Assembly (NCBI GenBank): GCA_002269645.1
Contig: NIVC01002653.1
Coordinates: 62,001 to 126,000 of the forward strand
Source of the DNA: Macrostomum lignano
Lineage: Eukaryota
Length of the DNA stretch: 64,000 nt
Direction of reading: 5' to 3'
In this document: piece by piece, positions 1 to 12,478 of the stretch
Layout of the letters: each line of letters starts with the position of its first letter
Numbering within the stretch: position 1 is the stretch's first letter
Position numbers and translations under genes: made by a program
Notes under the pieces: generated by a model
The model's database searches: none
What the model saw: only the letters and a program-made list of their open reading frames with translations
Told to the model about the DNA's origin: nothing

Positions 1-1
1 C

Positions 2-214
2 TGTGATAGCTTGGCCTGCGTGCGCGCTGGGGGCGGGGCTAGGTTGAGTTGTGTTGCTCTCTCTCTCTCTCTGCATGTACTTGCTAGCGCGGGTTGGGGG
101 GTGCGGTGGGTATGCCGATCAATAACAAATAGTTTAATATAAAGCAGGCTTTTTAGCCGGTAAAGTTTTTCGTGCTTTTGAGCCAAAATAAAGTTTTGTC
201 TTGACTTTATTTCA
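2..214 (+). repeat. 5' LTR (213 bp)
   Basis: TGTGATAGC...TTTCA, near-identical to 4194-4405 (one small indel/substitution site plus one further substitution seen). Confidence 0.93.
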
Positions 215-215
215 C

Positions 216-230
216 TGGCGACGAGGATGG
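216..230 (+). promoter_or_regulatory. primer binding site, tRNA-Ser(GCU)-like
   Basis: TGGCGACGAGGATGG is complementary to the recalled 3' end of eukaryotic tRNA-Ser(GCU); the gag ATG (227) lies inside it. Confidence 0.75.
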
Positions 231-3200
231 CCACTGGGCCACTGTGTAGCATAGGGCCGTTTGAGCCTGAGACGGAGGACTGGTCGCAATACAAGGAGCG
301 CATTGAACAAGTGTTCATTGCAAACGAAATCGAAAGCGAAGAGAAGAAGCGAGCGGTATTCCTCAGCGTGTGCGGCAAGGACACCTATAGGCTTGTCACC
401 GGTCTTCTGGCCCCAGTTAAGCCTTCAGAGGCTTCCTTCGCTAACATCTGCAAAAAGCTTGACGATTACTGGGACCCAAAGCCGTCAGAGATCGTGCAAA
501 GGTTCCACTTCTACCAGCGCGTTCGAGAGAGCTCGGAGTCCGTGGCCGACTTCCTGGCGGCACTGCGGCGTTTGGCTGTCCACTGCAACTTCGGTAACAG
601 CTCGAGCACCATGCTGAGAGATCGTCTGGTGCTTGGCATCCAGGATGATCGCATACAGCGCAGACTCCTGTCCGAGACAGAGTTGGACCTGGACAGAGCA
701 CTGGCGATCTCCCAGGCGGTGGAGCTGGCAACCAAGGGCTGCAACTTGGTCAAGGGCTCGTCCTCAGGAACCCCGCAAGCCGCCTCGGCAGCATCGGTAG
801 ACCAAGTCGGCCAGACCAATGCGGTAGCGACTCAGCGACCTGCGAAAAGGTGCTACAGGTGTCTGTCAGCGAAACACCTGGCGGCGAAGTGCCCATTCAT
901 GAAGAAGGCCTGTTTCAAGTGCGGCAAGATGGGGCACACCGCTGCAGCCTGTCGAGGAGGCGCGGATTCGGCTGGAGCTGAGTCGCGGTCGCAAGTCGCC
1001 GCTGTGGAGGAGGAAAGCCAAGACTGCGGCTCCCTGAACACCTTGCCCAGTGCAGCTGCCAAGGTACCGCCGTACATCACCACGGTCCTGCTTAACGGAG
1101 TGTCCTGCCAGATGGAGATCGACACGGGCGCGGCGGTATCGCTGATATCGGCTAGAGCCTATCACGACCTGTTGGGCGGGGCTCCTGAGCTCGAGCGGAC
1201 CCCGATTCGACTGCGGAACTACTGCGGACAGCCGGTCAGCGTACTCGGTCAGATCAGCGTGTCTGCAGAGATTCCAGGTAAAGCCAAGCAGCTTCTTCCT
1301 CTTCTAGTGGTATCTGGATCCGGTTCCAGCCTCATCGGTAGGAACTGGCTGGCTGTGCTGCCGTTGAATTGGGGGAGCGTCAAGCAGCTGCCCGAAGCGT
1401 CGGCTCCAAAGGATCAGCAAGTGCAGAAGTTGCTAGAGAGGTTCAGCCCCGTTTTCTCGAGTGGCCTCGGCTGCTACACGGGTGAACCTCTGAAACTGCG
1501 AGTGGGCGCGACCCAAGTTCATAAAGGCGCGGCAGGTACCTTTCGCTTTGAAGTCCAAAGTGGAAGAGCAGCTCGAGCGGAAGATCCAGCAGGGCATTCT
1601 GCGGCCGGTCTCCGATTCGGAGTATGCGTCCCCAATCGTGCCGGTGCTGAAGTCGGACGGCTCCGTCAGAGTCTGCGCAGATTTCAAGTGCACGGTAAAC
1701 CAGGACGTGGATATGGATTGCTACCCGCTGCCAAGGATTGAGGAGTTGTTCGCCAAGCTCACCGGCGGCCAAAAGTTCACCAAGCTGGACCTCAGCCAGG
1801 CATACATGCAGCTTCCGCTCGACGAAGAGTCTCAGCGCCTGTGCACCATCAACACCTCGAAGGGTTTGCTGAGGTATACAAGGCTACCGTTTGGAATCTC
1901 CCCAGCAGTTGGAATCTTCCAGAGAACCATGGACGGCCTGCTGCATGGTGCACAGCATACGGCAACCTTTATTGATGACGTGTTGGTGACCGGCGCCGAT
2001 GACGCTGAGCACCTCGAGAATCTGGAGACCGTCCTGCAGCGCCTGAAGGATGCCGGGCTGAAGTGCCGGCTTGACAAATGCCGCTTCATGGAGAATTCGG
2101 TGACCTATTTGGGGCATCGGATTGACGCCCAGGGCCTACATCCGATAAGTGACAAAGTCAACGCGATCGTTGACGCGCCGATGCCAAAGGACATCACGCA
2201 GTTGCGCAGTTTCTTGGCCTCCTCAACTATTACGGCCGGTTTCTGCCGAACCTGTCCAGCGTTCTGGCTCCTCTGCACCGGCTTCTCGAGAAAGGAACTG
2301 TCTGGCGATGGGGCGAAGCGCAGTCCGATGCTTTCCGGCGCAGCAAGGAGCTGCTATTGAGCTCGCAGGCGCTTGTCCATTTCGACGTCAAAAAGGAGGT
2401 GATTCTGGAGTGAGATAGTTCGCCATACGGGGTCGGGGCCGTCATCTGCCACCGGATTGATGGCCTTGAAAGGCCGATTGCCTTCGCGTCCCGATCGCTC
2501 GCCGACGCCGAGAGGAACTATTCGCAGACAGAGAAGGAAGCCCTGGCGATCATTTTTGGGATCAAGCACTTCCACGCCTACCTCTATGGCAAAACCTTTG
2601 AGCTCAAGAGCGACCACAAGCCGCTACTGGGCCTGCTACACGAGAGCAAGGCCATTCCACCACTGGCTTCAGCTAGGATCCAGCGTTGGGCTCTGCTGCT
2701 TTCGAACTACTCGTATCGACTGCAGTATCGCAAGGGAACTTCGCTACTGCGGGCTGACGCTCTGAGTCGGCTGCCGCTGCCGACGAAGTCGGTGGAGACG
2801 CCGTCACCAGCTGAGGTAGTGCTGCTCATCGATGCGTTCAATGAGGGACCCGTGACGGCTGCTCAGGTTCGCGGCTGGACAAGAAGGGACCCGCTGCTCA
2901 GTCGAGTGCTGCGGCTCGTGCAAGGTGGATGGCCGGAGCGTCTTCGGCTGGATGCGGAACTGCAGCCGTACGCAGTTAGGGCGGCAGAGCTGAGCTTGGA
3001 GGACGGCTGCCTGCTGTGGGGCAACCGTGTGATTGTGCCGGTTCAGGGTCGACAAGCACTGCTCGATTGTCTACATCAGAGCCACCAAGGAGCTTCTAGG
3101 ATGAAGTCTCTGGCCCGAGGATATTTCTGGTGGCCGGGATTGGACCGGGACATCGAGCAGCTGTCGCAGAACTGCGGCGAGTGCCAGCGTCATCAGAACT

Positions 3201-3994
3201 GCCCGCCGCCAGCCCTCCTGCAGCCGTGGCCGTGGCCGGACAAGCCGTGGTCCCGGATCCACATGGACTACGCTGGACCAGTCGAGGGAAAAATGCTGTT
3301 AGTACTGGTGGACGCTCATTCGAAATGGATTGAAGTCCACATTTGCGAGTCCGCCACCAGTGCTACCACCATCGATCGGCTAAGAAGGACTTTCAGTCAG
3401 CTGGGATTGCCTGAGGTCGTAGTGAGCGACAACGGTCTGAATTTCGTGAGCCAAGAGATGAACAACTTCTTGGCCAGTAACGGCATCCGGCACATCAAAG
3501 TGGCTCCATATCATCCATCGTCCAACGGATTGGCCGAGCGAGCGGTCCAGACGGTGAAGGCGGCCCTGGCGAAGGGGCGGCCGGCGTCCCTGCAGTTTCG
3601 GCTAGCTCGGTTCCTGCTGACCTGATGATGGGCAGGCAGCTGCGGACGCTTCTAGACATTGTGCGGCCCGATGTCTCGGCTACAGTCAGGCGCAGCCAGG
3701 ACTCGCAAAAGGAGTACCACGACCTGCGAGCCAGGGATCGCAACTTCGAAGAAGGCGACGGTGTCCTGGTGCGCGACTTCAACGGTCCGGAGAAGTGGGC
3801 GCCGGCCTCCGTGAGCCGCCAGACCGGGCCGCTGTCCTACGAGTGCCGCCTGCCCGACGAGCGCATCGTGCGGCGGCATGCCGACCACCTGGTGCCGGCG
3901 ACAATCTCACCTGAGCAAGCGGCAGGATCGGCTCAGTCAGGTGGGGCGGCGCCACAGCTTCTGACTCCGTCGGTGACAACGTCTGAAGCGCCAC

Positions 3995-4025
<31 letters not shown>

Positions 4026-4098
4026 GCTGCTGCCGCCCCCGATGCTGCGGCGTTCGGAGAGGACTACAAGGGCACCGGATCGACTGACCTACGAGTGA
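227..4098 (+). pseudogene. disrupted gag-pol: gag with two CCHC knuckles, aspartic protease, RT, RNase H, integrase
   Basis: CYRCLSAKHLAAKC and CFKCGKMGHTAAAC; EIDTGAAVSLI; RT FIDD; RNase H NYSQTEKEALA; integrase HMDYAGP, VVSDNG, SNGLAERAVQ. Lesions: frameshift about 1510, 1-bp loss about 2218, in-frame TGA 2411-2413, deletion/frameshift about 3622. Confidence 0.92.
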
Positions 4099-4193
4099 AC
4101 TTGATCTGACAGTGACTGACAGTTTTTTGGGTGTTGGGTTTTTCTTTTCTTTTTTGTTGCAAGTTCTGTTGCTTTTGTCTTGGCATGGAGGGA

Positions 4194-4405
4194 TGTGATA
4201 GCTTGGCCTGCGTGCGCGCTGGGGAGGGGCTAGGTTGAGTTGTGTTGCTCTCTCTCTCTCTCTGCATGTACTTGCTAGCGCGGGTTGGGGGGTGCGGTGG
4301 GTATGCCGATCAATAACAAATAGTTTAATATAAAGCAGGCTTTTTAGCCGGTAAAGTTTTTCGTGCTTTTGAGCCAAAATAAAGTTTAGTCTTGACTTTA
4401 TTTCA
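4194..4405 (+). repeat. 3' LTR (212 bp)
   Basis: matches 2-214; preceded by PPT GGCATGGAGGGA. Confidence 0.93.
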
Positions 4406-4762
4406 CTTTCTCCCATCGTTAGGCATGTACACTCCCTTTGGGGGTCCTTAGGGGGTTCGAAATAATGGAAATATAAATAATAATATAAATGCGGTCCATT
4501 CAGTTTTTTCAAGGACTTCTAAAAACAGAGAATCTGGAATAGAAACTGAGTTCTACTTGCAAATTGGATAAATGCAATCCATTTTTTTACTGCTTGGAGA
4601 AGCTTTAAAGTGCATTTATCAAAGAATAAAACGAATGACTCACCTTGAATGTGAGACCGCGAATTTCTCTGCAATGCAAATCAGTTCTTTCTTTTTTCAT
4701 CACTAGCTTTAGAATGATTACTTATGTACAGGTAAATTATCAGATTTTTTATCAACCAACTC

Positions 4763-5031
4763 ACTCATTCACGCAGACTCCCTCATTCACGCAAACTCCC
4801 TCATTCACGCAAACTCCTGCATTCACACAGACTCCCTCATTCACACAAACTCCCTCATTCACACAGACTCCTCATTCACACAGAATCCTCATTCACACAG
4901 ACTCCCTCATTCACACAAACACCCTCATTCACACAGACTCCCTCGTTTACACAGACTTCCCCATTCACACAGACTCCCCCATTCACACAGACTCCCCCAT
5001 TCACACAGACTCCCCCATTCACACAGACTCC
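4763..5031. repeat. 18-bp minisatellite (TCATTCACACAGACTCCC)
   Basis: about 15 tandem copies ending just before the ankyrin ORF stop. Confidence 0.9.
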
Positions 5032-5037
5032 GTGAAC

Positions 5038-5565
5038 TCACATCCGGATGACCTCAGCCAGCTCCGGGTGTCCCGCCGCCTCGGCCAAGTCGGCAGCTGT
5101 GCAGCCTTTTTTATCCTTGAGGTTCAGCAACGACTTTCTCTTCTCCCTTCGCCGTCGCTGCCGCAGCAGGTGCAGCAGGTGCCGCGCGCACTCCCAGCTG
5201 CCAGCCTCTGCCGCCTCCATCAGCGGCGTTCGACCTTCGCCGTTGACGGCAAATTTCACCGGACTACCGCTGGAGTCTTCGTAGGGCAACGCTGACAGCA
5301 GGCGGAGGTTGCCAGTTCGAGCGGCCAAGTGTGCCGCGGTGTCCCCCGTGGCCTTGTCCGTCGCGCGTGCGCTGGCGCCTCGGTCCAACAGCAGGTCGAT
5401 GCATTTCGCGTAGCGCCAGGAGGTCGCCCGGCCGACTTGGGCCGCCAGCATTAGCGGCGTGCGGCCCTCGTTTCGTGTTCGACACCGACAGTTACCGGTA
5501 GTTGCCAGGCGCCTGAGCTGGGAGTAGTTCTCAGCGACTGTCAGCTCGGCCAGTCTTTTGGCCAT
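5038..5565 (-). CDS. ankyrin-repeat protein (175 aa; could be the last exon of a longer gene)
   Basis: GRTPLMLAAQVG..CIDLLLDRGAS, GDTAAHLAARTGN, GRTPLMEAAEAG, GCTAADLAEAAGH ankyrin motifs; GC-rich relative to flanks. Confidence 0.85.
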   Translation of the reverse strand: MAKRLAELTVAENYSQLRRLATTGNCRCRTRNEGRTPLMLAAQVGRATSWRYAKCIDLLLDRGASARATDKATGDTAAHLAARTGNLRLLSALPYEDSSGSPVKFAVNGEGRTPLMEAAEAGSWECARHLLHLLRQRRRREKRKSLLNLKDKKGCTAADLAEAAGHPELAEVIRM

Positions 5566-5643
5566 CTGTGTGATGGTGGAGGGTTCGGAGGCTGGGTTGA
5601 AGTCTGAGTCAACTCTTTCTTAACCAAGTAGCTGCTGTTTGGT

Positions 5644-6210
5644 GATTATGAGTCACTGGTTTATGAATCATTTGATTATGAGTCATTAGATTATGAGTCA
5701 TTGGATTACGAGTCATTGGCTTACGAGTCATTGGATGATGGATCATTGGATGATGAGTCATTGGCTTACGAGTCATTGGATGATGGATCATTGGATGATG
5801 AGTCATTGGATGATGAGTCATTGGATGATGAGTCTTTGGATGATGGGTCATTGGATGATGAATCTTTGGATGATGAGTTCATTAGATGATGAGTCATTGG
5901 ATGATGAGTCATTGGCTTACGAGTCATTGGATGATGGGTCATTGGATGATGAGTCTTTTGATGATGCGTTCATTGGATGATGAGTCATTGGATGATGAGT
6001 CTTTGGATGATGAGTTCATTAGATGATGAGTCATTGGATGATGAGTCTTTGGATGATGAGTTCACTGGATGATGGGTCATTGGATGATGAATCTTTGGAT
6101 GATGAGTTCATTAGATGATGAGTCATTGGATGATGAGTCTTTGGATGATGAGTTCATTAGATGATGAGTCATTGGATGATGAGTCATTGGATTATGAGTC
6201 ATCGGATTGT
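5644..6210. repeat. 15-bp minisatellite (GGATGATGAGTCATT)
   Basis: more than 30 imperfect copies. Confidence 0.9.
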
Positions 6211-6222
6211 GGGTAATGGGAT

Positions 6223-6334
6223 GGGGGCCGTAGCCCAGAGGTCCAGCGCGGCGCTCTGATGTGCCAGCGGCCCAGGCTCGATTCCAAGTGCAGTCACATT
6301 AACTTGGGGCTGAATTGGAATCTTGGAATCTTGG
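6223..6334 (+). mobile_element. tRNA-derived SINE family A, 5' portion only
   Basis: GGGGGCCGTAGCCCAGAGG (A box) and GGCTCGATTCC (B box-like); matches 29050-29173(-) and 63184-63290(+). Confidence 0.75.
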
Positions 6335-6976
6335 AGGCATTTTTAAAGCATTTCTATCGGAAGTCCGAACATTAAAATACATGTTCTCATTAGTGAGAGC
6401 ATTAAAAAACCCAAGATTAGCCATAGAACTTTATTCTTTGAGTCTAAAATTATGTCATAGGATAATTAGACAAACTACTTGGCTAAAATAGTTTTAATCA
6501 CTACAGACGCACCAGCCTACTTACTGATTGAGCTTCAGTAGAATGTACAATAAATGGCAAAAACTCTAATCATCGTTCGATAAAACGATTTTCAAGAATT
6601 TCTAAAACACTTCTCCGCAATCAGGCGGCCTAATCGTCTGCTCTGTGAAAGAGGAGAGGGCGGTTCGTGCAATTTCCTGCTGGAAGCAAAGCAGAATGGC
6701 TGCTCTTTTAGTAGAAGAGTGGTGTGTAGCCAATGGGCAAGCGGTGATCTGCTTAGCTGCTGAAAGAGGGTACCAAGGGACCCCCGACCGAGTGCAGAAG
6801 TGGTGAAATGAATTTCTCGCACATTTGGGGACGGCTTGCTGGCAAGGAGGCCTAGAGCCAGCCGCCTGGAGTAGCGGCTCCCCAGCTGCGCAGGCATCAA
6901 TTCCTGTGAGTCTCCATTGAGTGAGCTGACTGCACTTGCTCAGGTTACACTAATAAGATAGGCAGGTCATGATGGC

Positions 6977-8776
6977 TCACTGGGGGAATTGCTGAGATGC
7001 CAATGCTCTCGAGGGGAATTGCTGGGATGCCAATGCTCTCGAGGGGAATTGCTGGGATGCCAATGCTCTCGAAGGGAATTGCTGAGATGCCAATGCTCTC
7101 GAGGGGAATTGCTGAGATGCCAATGCTCTCGAGGGGAATTGCTGAGATACCAATGCTCTCGAGGGGAATTGCTGAGATACCAATGCTCTCGAGGGGAATT
7201 GCTGAGATACCAATGCTCTCGAGGGGAATTGCTAAGATGCCAATGCTCTTGAGGGAATTGCTGAGATGCCAAGGCTCTCGAGGGGAATTGCTGAGATGCC
7301 AATGCTCTCGAGGGGAATTGCTGAGATACCAATGCTCTCGAGGGGAATTGCTAAGATGCCAATGCTCTTGAGGGGAATTGCTGAGATGCCAAGGCTCTCG
7401 AGGGGAATTGCTGAGATGCCAATGCTCTCGAGGGGAATTGCTGAGATGCCAATGCTCTCGAGGGGAATTGCTGAGATGCCAATGCTCTCGAGGGGAATTG
7501 CTGAGATGCCAATGCTCTCGAGGGGAATTGCTGAGATACCAATGCTCTCGAGGGGAATTGCTGAGATACCAATGCTCTCGAGGGGAATTGCTGCGATACC
7601 AATGCTCTCGAGGGGAATTGCTAAGATGCCAATGCTCTTGAGGGGAATTGCTGAGATGCCAAGGCTCTCGAGGGGAATTGCTGAGATGCCAATGCTCTCG
7701 AGGGGAATTGCTGAGATACCAATGCTCTCGAGGGGAATTGCTAAGATGCCAATGCTCTTGAGGGGAATTGCTGAGATGCCAAGGCTCTCGAGGGGAATTG
7801 CTGAGATGCCAATGCTCTCGAGGGGAATTGCTGAGATGCCAAGGCTCTCGAGGGGAATTGCTGAGATGCCAATGCTCTCGAGGGGAATTGCTGAGATGCT
7901 AATGCTCTCGAGGGGAGTTGCTGAGATACCAATGCTCTCGAGGGGAATTGCTGAGATACCAATGCTCTCGAGGGGGAAATTTCTGAGATGCCAATGCTCT
8001 CGAGGGGAATTTCTGATATGCCAAGGCTCTCGAGGGGAATTGCTGAGATACCAATGCTCTCGAGGGGAATTGCTGAGATGCCAAGGCTCACTGGGGGAAT
8101 TGCTGAAATGCCATTGCCTCACGGGGAAAATTTCTGAGATGCCAATGCTCACGCAGGAAATTTCTGAGATGCCAAGGCTCTCGAGGGGAATTGCTGAGAT
8201 GCCAATGCTCACTGGGGGGAATTGCTGAGATGCCAATGCTCTCGAGGGGAATTGCTGAGATACCAATGCTCTCGAGGGGAATTTCTGAGATGCCAAGGCT
8301 CTAGAGGGGAATTGCTGAGATGCCAATGCTCACGGAGGGAATTTCTGAGGCGCCAATGCTCACGGAGGGAATTTCTGAGGCGCCAATGCTCACGGAGGGA
8401 ATTTCTGAGACGCCAATGCTCACGGAGGGAATTTCTGAGGCGCCAATGCTCACGGAGGGAATTTCTGAGACGCCAATGCTCACGGAGGGAATTTCTGAGA
8501 TGCCAAGGCTCATGGGGGAGTTGCTGAGATGCCAAGGCTCATGGGGGAGTTGCTGAGATGCCAAGGCTCATGGGGGAGTTGCTGAGATGCCAAGGCTCAT
8601 GGGGGAGTTGCTGAGATGCCAAGGCTCATGGGGGAATTGCTGAGATGCCAAGGCTCATGGGGGAATTGCTGAGATGCCAAGGCTCATGGGGGAGTTGCTG
8701 AGATGCCAAGGCTCATGAGGGAGTTGCTGAGATGCCAAGGCTCATGGGGGAATTGCTGAGATGCCAAGGCTCACGA
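6977..8776. repeat. 30-bp minisatellite (AGGGGAATTGCTGAGATGCCAATGCTCTCG)
   Basis: about 60 copies, with variant blocks toward the right end. Confidence 0.95.
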
Positions 8777-9736
8777 GTTCAGAATTTATTCGGACCAAAA
8801 ATTTGAAAGCATGTTTACAATATATGATTTTATCAAACGGAAATGATGATAACTTGATTAAAATATGTGAAAAATAAACAAACAGAATCAGCCTACAGCA
8901 GTCTAAACAAGGGAGCTGGTGAGAAGTTGCTAAACTCCAAGCTGCTGGTCTTGGGTCGCCTTGGCCGTGAAGACCGTTTTGGACTGCCGGACTTCCCTCA
9001 TTTCGCTCACTGTCTCCCCCTCTCTCTCATCTGTGAGCTCCAGCAGAAATGCAATTTCTCCCCTAATTTCTTCTTCGATCTTGCCTTGTCCCAATCTGGC
9101 AGCCCCCCTACTCACTCATTAGTGCAGGCTATGTTGTACAAAGCAATAATTCCTCACAGCTGCACTTTTGCCCCACACGACAGAGATCGGCAAAAAAGTT
9201 ACCTTTGTACCGGGGTCCTCCCATGTCGTTTTCTGCTGGGACGACTCCGCACTCGACGTGGTCATTATTGTTTTAGTGGAATTTCCTTTCTTAGTAGCTT
9301 TTGAGAGAATTGACTCACCTGTCTTTTGTAACTCCGGAGTTCTAAGAAAACTGGCGCATTCAGAGCCTCTGGTTTGAGTTTATAGACTGCCTAGTAACAG
9401 TCTGAAGTGTTCTCAGCCACTCTGCCCTCACCTAGCTCTCGCATCTCTGTACAGTGTACAGTACAATTATTTCAGTGTACACAGCCAGACAATTTTCACC
9501 TGACAATCGGTCGGTCAGCTAGATGGCCTTCACTGTACTCTGCTAGTGTATTGTGTACTTCCGGAGCACCTTAGGAAACTGCCTCTCTGTTTTACGAGTA
9601 CCCAGAATCTAATCTGATGGATCAAAATCCCTAGAATCTCTTGATGAGTTACACTTCTCTTTTCTCTCAGTCTGTTTTTGAATTGGTCTGTACGAGCTAC
9701 CGCTGATTCTGGCTCTTGCGCCACAACCCTTGGTCC

Positions 9737-10432
9737 GATTCAGATCTCTAGATTTCTAGATTCAGATCTATAGATCTTTAGATTCAGATCCATAGATCTC
9801 TAGATTCAGATCTCAAGATGTCTAGATTTAGATCCATAGATCTCTAGATTCAGATCTCTAGATGTCTAGATTCAGATCCATAGATCTCTAGATTCAGATC
9901 TCTAGATGTCTAGATTCAGATCCATAGATCTCTAGATTCAGATCTCTAGATGTCTAGATTCAGATCCATAGATCTCTAGATTCAGATCTCTAGATGTCTA
10001 GATTCAGATCCATAGATCTCTAGATTCAGATCTCTAGATGTCTAGATTCAGATCCATAGATGTCTAGATTCAGATCCATAGATGTCTAGATTCAGATCCA
10101 TAGATCTCTAGATTCAGATCTCTAGATGTCTAGATTCAGATCCATAGATCTCTAGATTCAGATCTCTAGGTGTCTAGATTCAGATCTCTAAATGTCTAGA
10201 TTTAGATCCCTTAGAGTATCGATTCAGATACTCTAAATCTCTAAAATTGGATCCCTAGATCTCTATAATCAGATCCATAGGTCTCTAGATTTAGATCCGT
10301 AGATCTCTCTAGATTCAGATCCATAGATCTCTAGATTCAGATCCCTAGATCTCTAGATTCAGATCCCTAGATCTCAAGATTCAGATCCATAGACCTTTAG
10401 ATTCAGATATCTAGATCTCTAGATTTTGATCT
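9737..10432. repeat. 22-bp AGATCT/TCTAGA-rich minisatellite
   Basis: alternating TAGATTCAGATCCATAGATCTC and TAGATTCAGATCTCTAGATGTC units. Confidence 0.88.
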
Positions 10433-11124
10433 ACAGGAATCTCTAGGGATCTACAAGATCGACAGTCTATCATAAGACAACTATTCGGTCAGCCCACCCA
10501 GTATAAAAGTCCATCATGCCTCCATAGCCTACTCCGGCAGATATCGAATCCTTACTTTCCTCATTTTCCCGATTTTCTCCTTTTCTCCCTTGTTTATCTC
10601 TATGCAACTCGCTTCATCAATCATTCAGACCTGTGCGGTGCAGACGACCAAAATAGACAAATCCGGTGAAGTTCGCACACAATGCAGCCGTCCCCAACAC
10701 CCAGCGAGAGCTGCGCCCGAAATGTCACTGCGCGAGACTACCGGACCCCAGTAGCCCAGGACCCTCAGTTTGTCTGACGCTAAATCAATTGTCCATGGAT
10801 GGCAGTCGTTTGTTTTTCTAGTCAAACCTATTGGTTTCGTTACTATGGCAACACTGAAGTCTAGGCTTTAGGGTTATAACGGGTTCAAAATCCCTCTGCT
10901 TCACACTACCTATTTCTCCACCTTTCATTTCTCTCTACTTCTCTGCCTCTTTCCGGTAATTTCATCTACCCCCCTTTCTCCATTCTTTTATCCCACCACT
11001 TGTAGCCTTCCAGCCTGAGTCAACTCAAACGCCTACTGACCGCCTACCTGACTACATCCTGGCAGTAACCGCTTCCTCCCTCTGTCTCCTGTATTTTCCC
11101 TCTCACGTCTCCATCAACTTCTCT

Positions 11125-11862
11125 TTATCATCTCTCCTCTCTCCTCCCCTTCTTCCCTCTCCTCTCTCCTCCCTATGTTGCTTCTCCTCTCTCCCCTTCT
11201 CCCGTCTCTACCCTCTCCCCTCTCCCCCCTTTCCTCTCTCCCCTCTCCCCCTCTCTCCACTCTCCCCCTCTCTCCTCTCTCCCCTCTCCCCCTCTCCGGT
11301 CGCCAGGGGTTAGCGAAATGGGCGGAAACGCCTCCTCGCTGTTTCCGGACGCACGGAGCCCCCTGCAGCTAAGTCAAGTAAGTCTCCCCCCTCTCCCCCT
11401 CTCTCTTCTCTCCCCTCTCCCCTCTCCCCCTCTCTCTTATCCCCCTCTCCCCCCTCTCCCCCTCTCTCTTCTCTCCCCCTCTCTCTTCTCTCCCCTCTCC
11501 CCCTCTCCCCCTCTCTCTTATCCCCCCTCTCCCCCTCTCCCCCTCTCTCTTCTCTCCCCCTCTCTCTTCTCTCCCCTCTCCCCCTCTCCCCTCTCTCTTA
11601 TCCCCCCTCTCCCCCCTCTCCCCCTCTCTCTTCTATCCCCTCTCCCCCATCTCCCCCTCTCTCTTCTCTCCCCTCTCTCATCTCTCCTCTCCCAGTCTCT
11701 CCTCCATCCCCTTCTCCCCTCTCTCCTCTCTTATCCATTCTCTCCCCGTCTCTCCTCCTCTCTCTCCTCCATCCCCTTCTCCCCTTCTCCCCTCTCTCCT
11801 CTCTCCTCCACTCTTTCCCTCTTTCTTCCCTCTTCCCATCTCTCCTCTCCTCTCTCCTTCCT
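11125..11862. repeat. polypyrimidine (C/T) low-complexity tract
   Basis: almost exclusively C and T, interrupted near 11300-11380. Confidence 0.85.
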
Positions 11863-12058
11863 TCCATTCTTTCCCAATTTCAACTTTAAATTTAAAGCAA
11901 CCCCGCTACCCCCCTTGAAACGCAAGCTGAGTCTGATGTAAAAAAGCAGACACTTCATCAGAGAGCCCGAGCTCAAGTGGACCAGCTTCAGTCAGTCAGT
12001 TAAATCGGGCGATCCCGTGCGATAATTTCTGCCAGCACCACCTGCGCAATGAACCCCG

Positions 12059-12478
12059 GCAAGACCAGGCCGATGGAGACAACTCGAAGGCATCGATCGC
12101 ACAAGACCAGGCCGTTGGAGACAACTCGAAGGCATCGATCGCACAAGACCAGGCCGATGGAGACAACTCGAAGGCATCGATCGCACAAGACCAGGCCGAT
12201 GGAGACAACTCGAAGGCATCGATCGCACAAGACCAGGCCGATGGAGACAACTCGAAGGCATCGATCGCACAAGACCAGGCCGATGGAGACAACTCGAAGG
12301 CATCGATCGCACAAGACCAGGCCGTTGGAGACAACTCGAAGGCATCGATCGCACAAGACCAGGCCGATGGAGACAACTCGAAGGCATCGATCGCACAAGA
12401 CCAGGCCGATGGAGACAACTCGAAGGCATCGATCGCACAAGACCAGGCCGATGGAGACAACTCGAAGGCATCGATCGC
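12059..12478. repeat. 42-bp minisatellite, 10 copies
   Basis: CACAAGACCAGGCCGATGGAGACAACTCGAAGGCATCGATCG, nearly perfect. Confidence 0.95.

Larger units (their letters stand above)
2..4405 (+). mobile_element. Ty3/Gypsy (Mag-like) LTR retrotransposon, full length but coding-defective
   Basis: TG...CA LTRs at 2-214 and 4194-4405; PBS TGGCGACGAGGATGG at 216; purine-rich PPT just before 4194; gag-PR-RT-RH-INT order. Confidence 0.95.

Noticed and set aside
1495-1560. Programmed gag-pol ribosomal frameshift
   Set aside because: The break falls after the protease, there is no X XXY YYZ slippery heptamer, residues appear to be missing relative to related elements, and three other lesions exist; more likely a deletion.
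2411-2413. TGA readthrough or selenocysteine in RNase H
   Set aside because: It replaces the expected Cys codon of the CD(A/S)S motif by one substitution in an already frameshifted element.
4415-4433. SINE family A fragment ATCGTTAGGCATGTACACT beside the Gypsy 3' LTR
   Set aside because: Only 19 bp match; could be a remnant cut by the insertion, but the other half would lie outside the window and cannot be tested.
5644-6210. Asp/Ser-rich (NDSSS or DDESL) biomineral-type protein
   Set aside because: All frames contain stops, and the NDSSS frame is closed before reaching the ankyrin ORF.
6967-8564. Long ORFs in the 30-bp array, and similar ORFs in the CTGT, ACT, CAT, CTCCT, 15-bp and 21-bp arrays
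   Set aside because: They are translations of stop-free repeat units in several frames on both strands, with no domain content or splice support.
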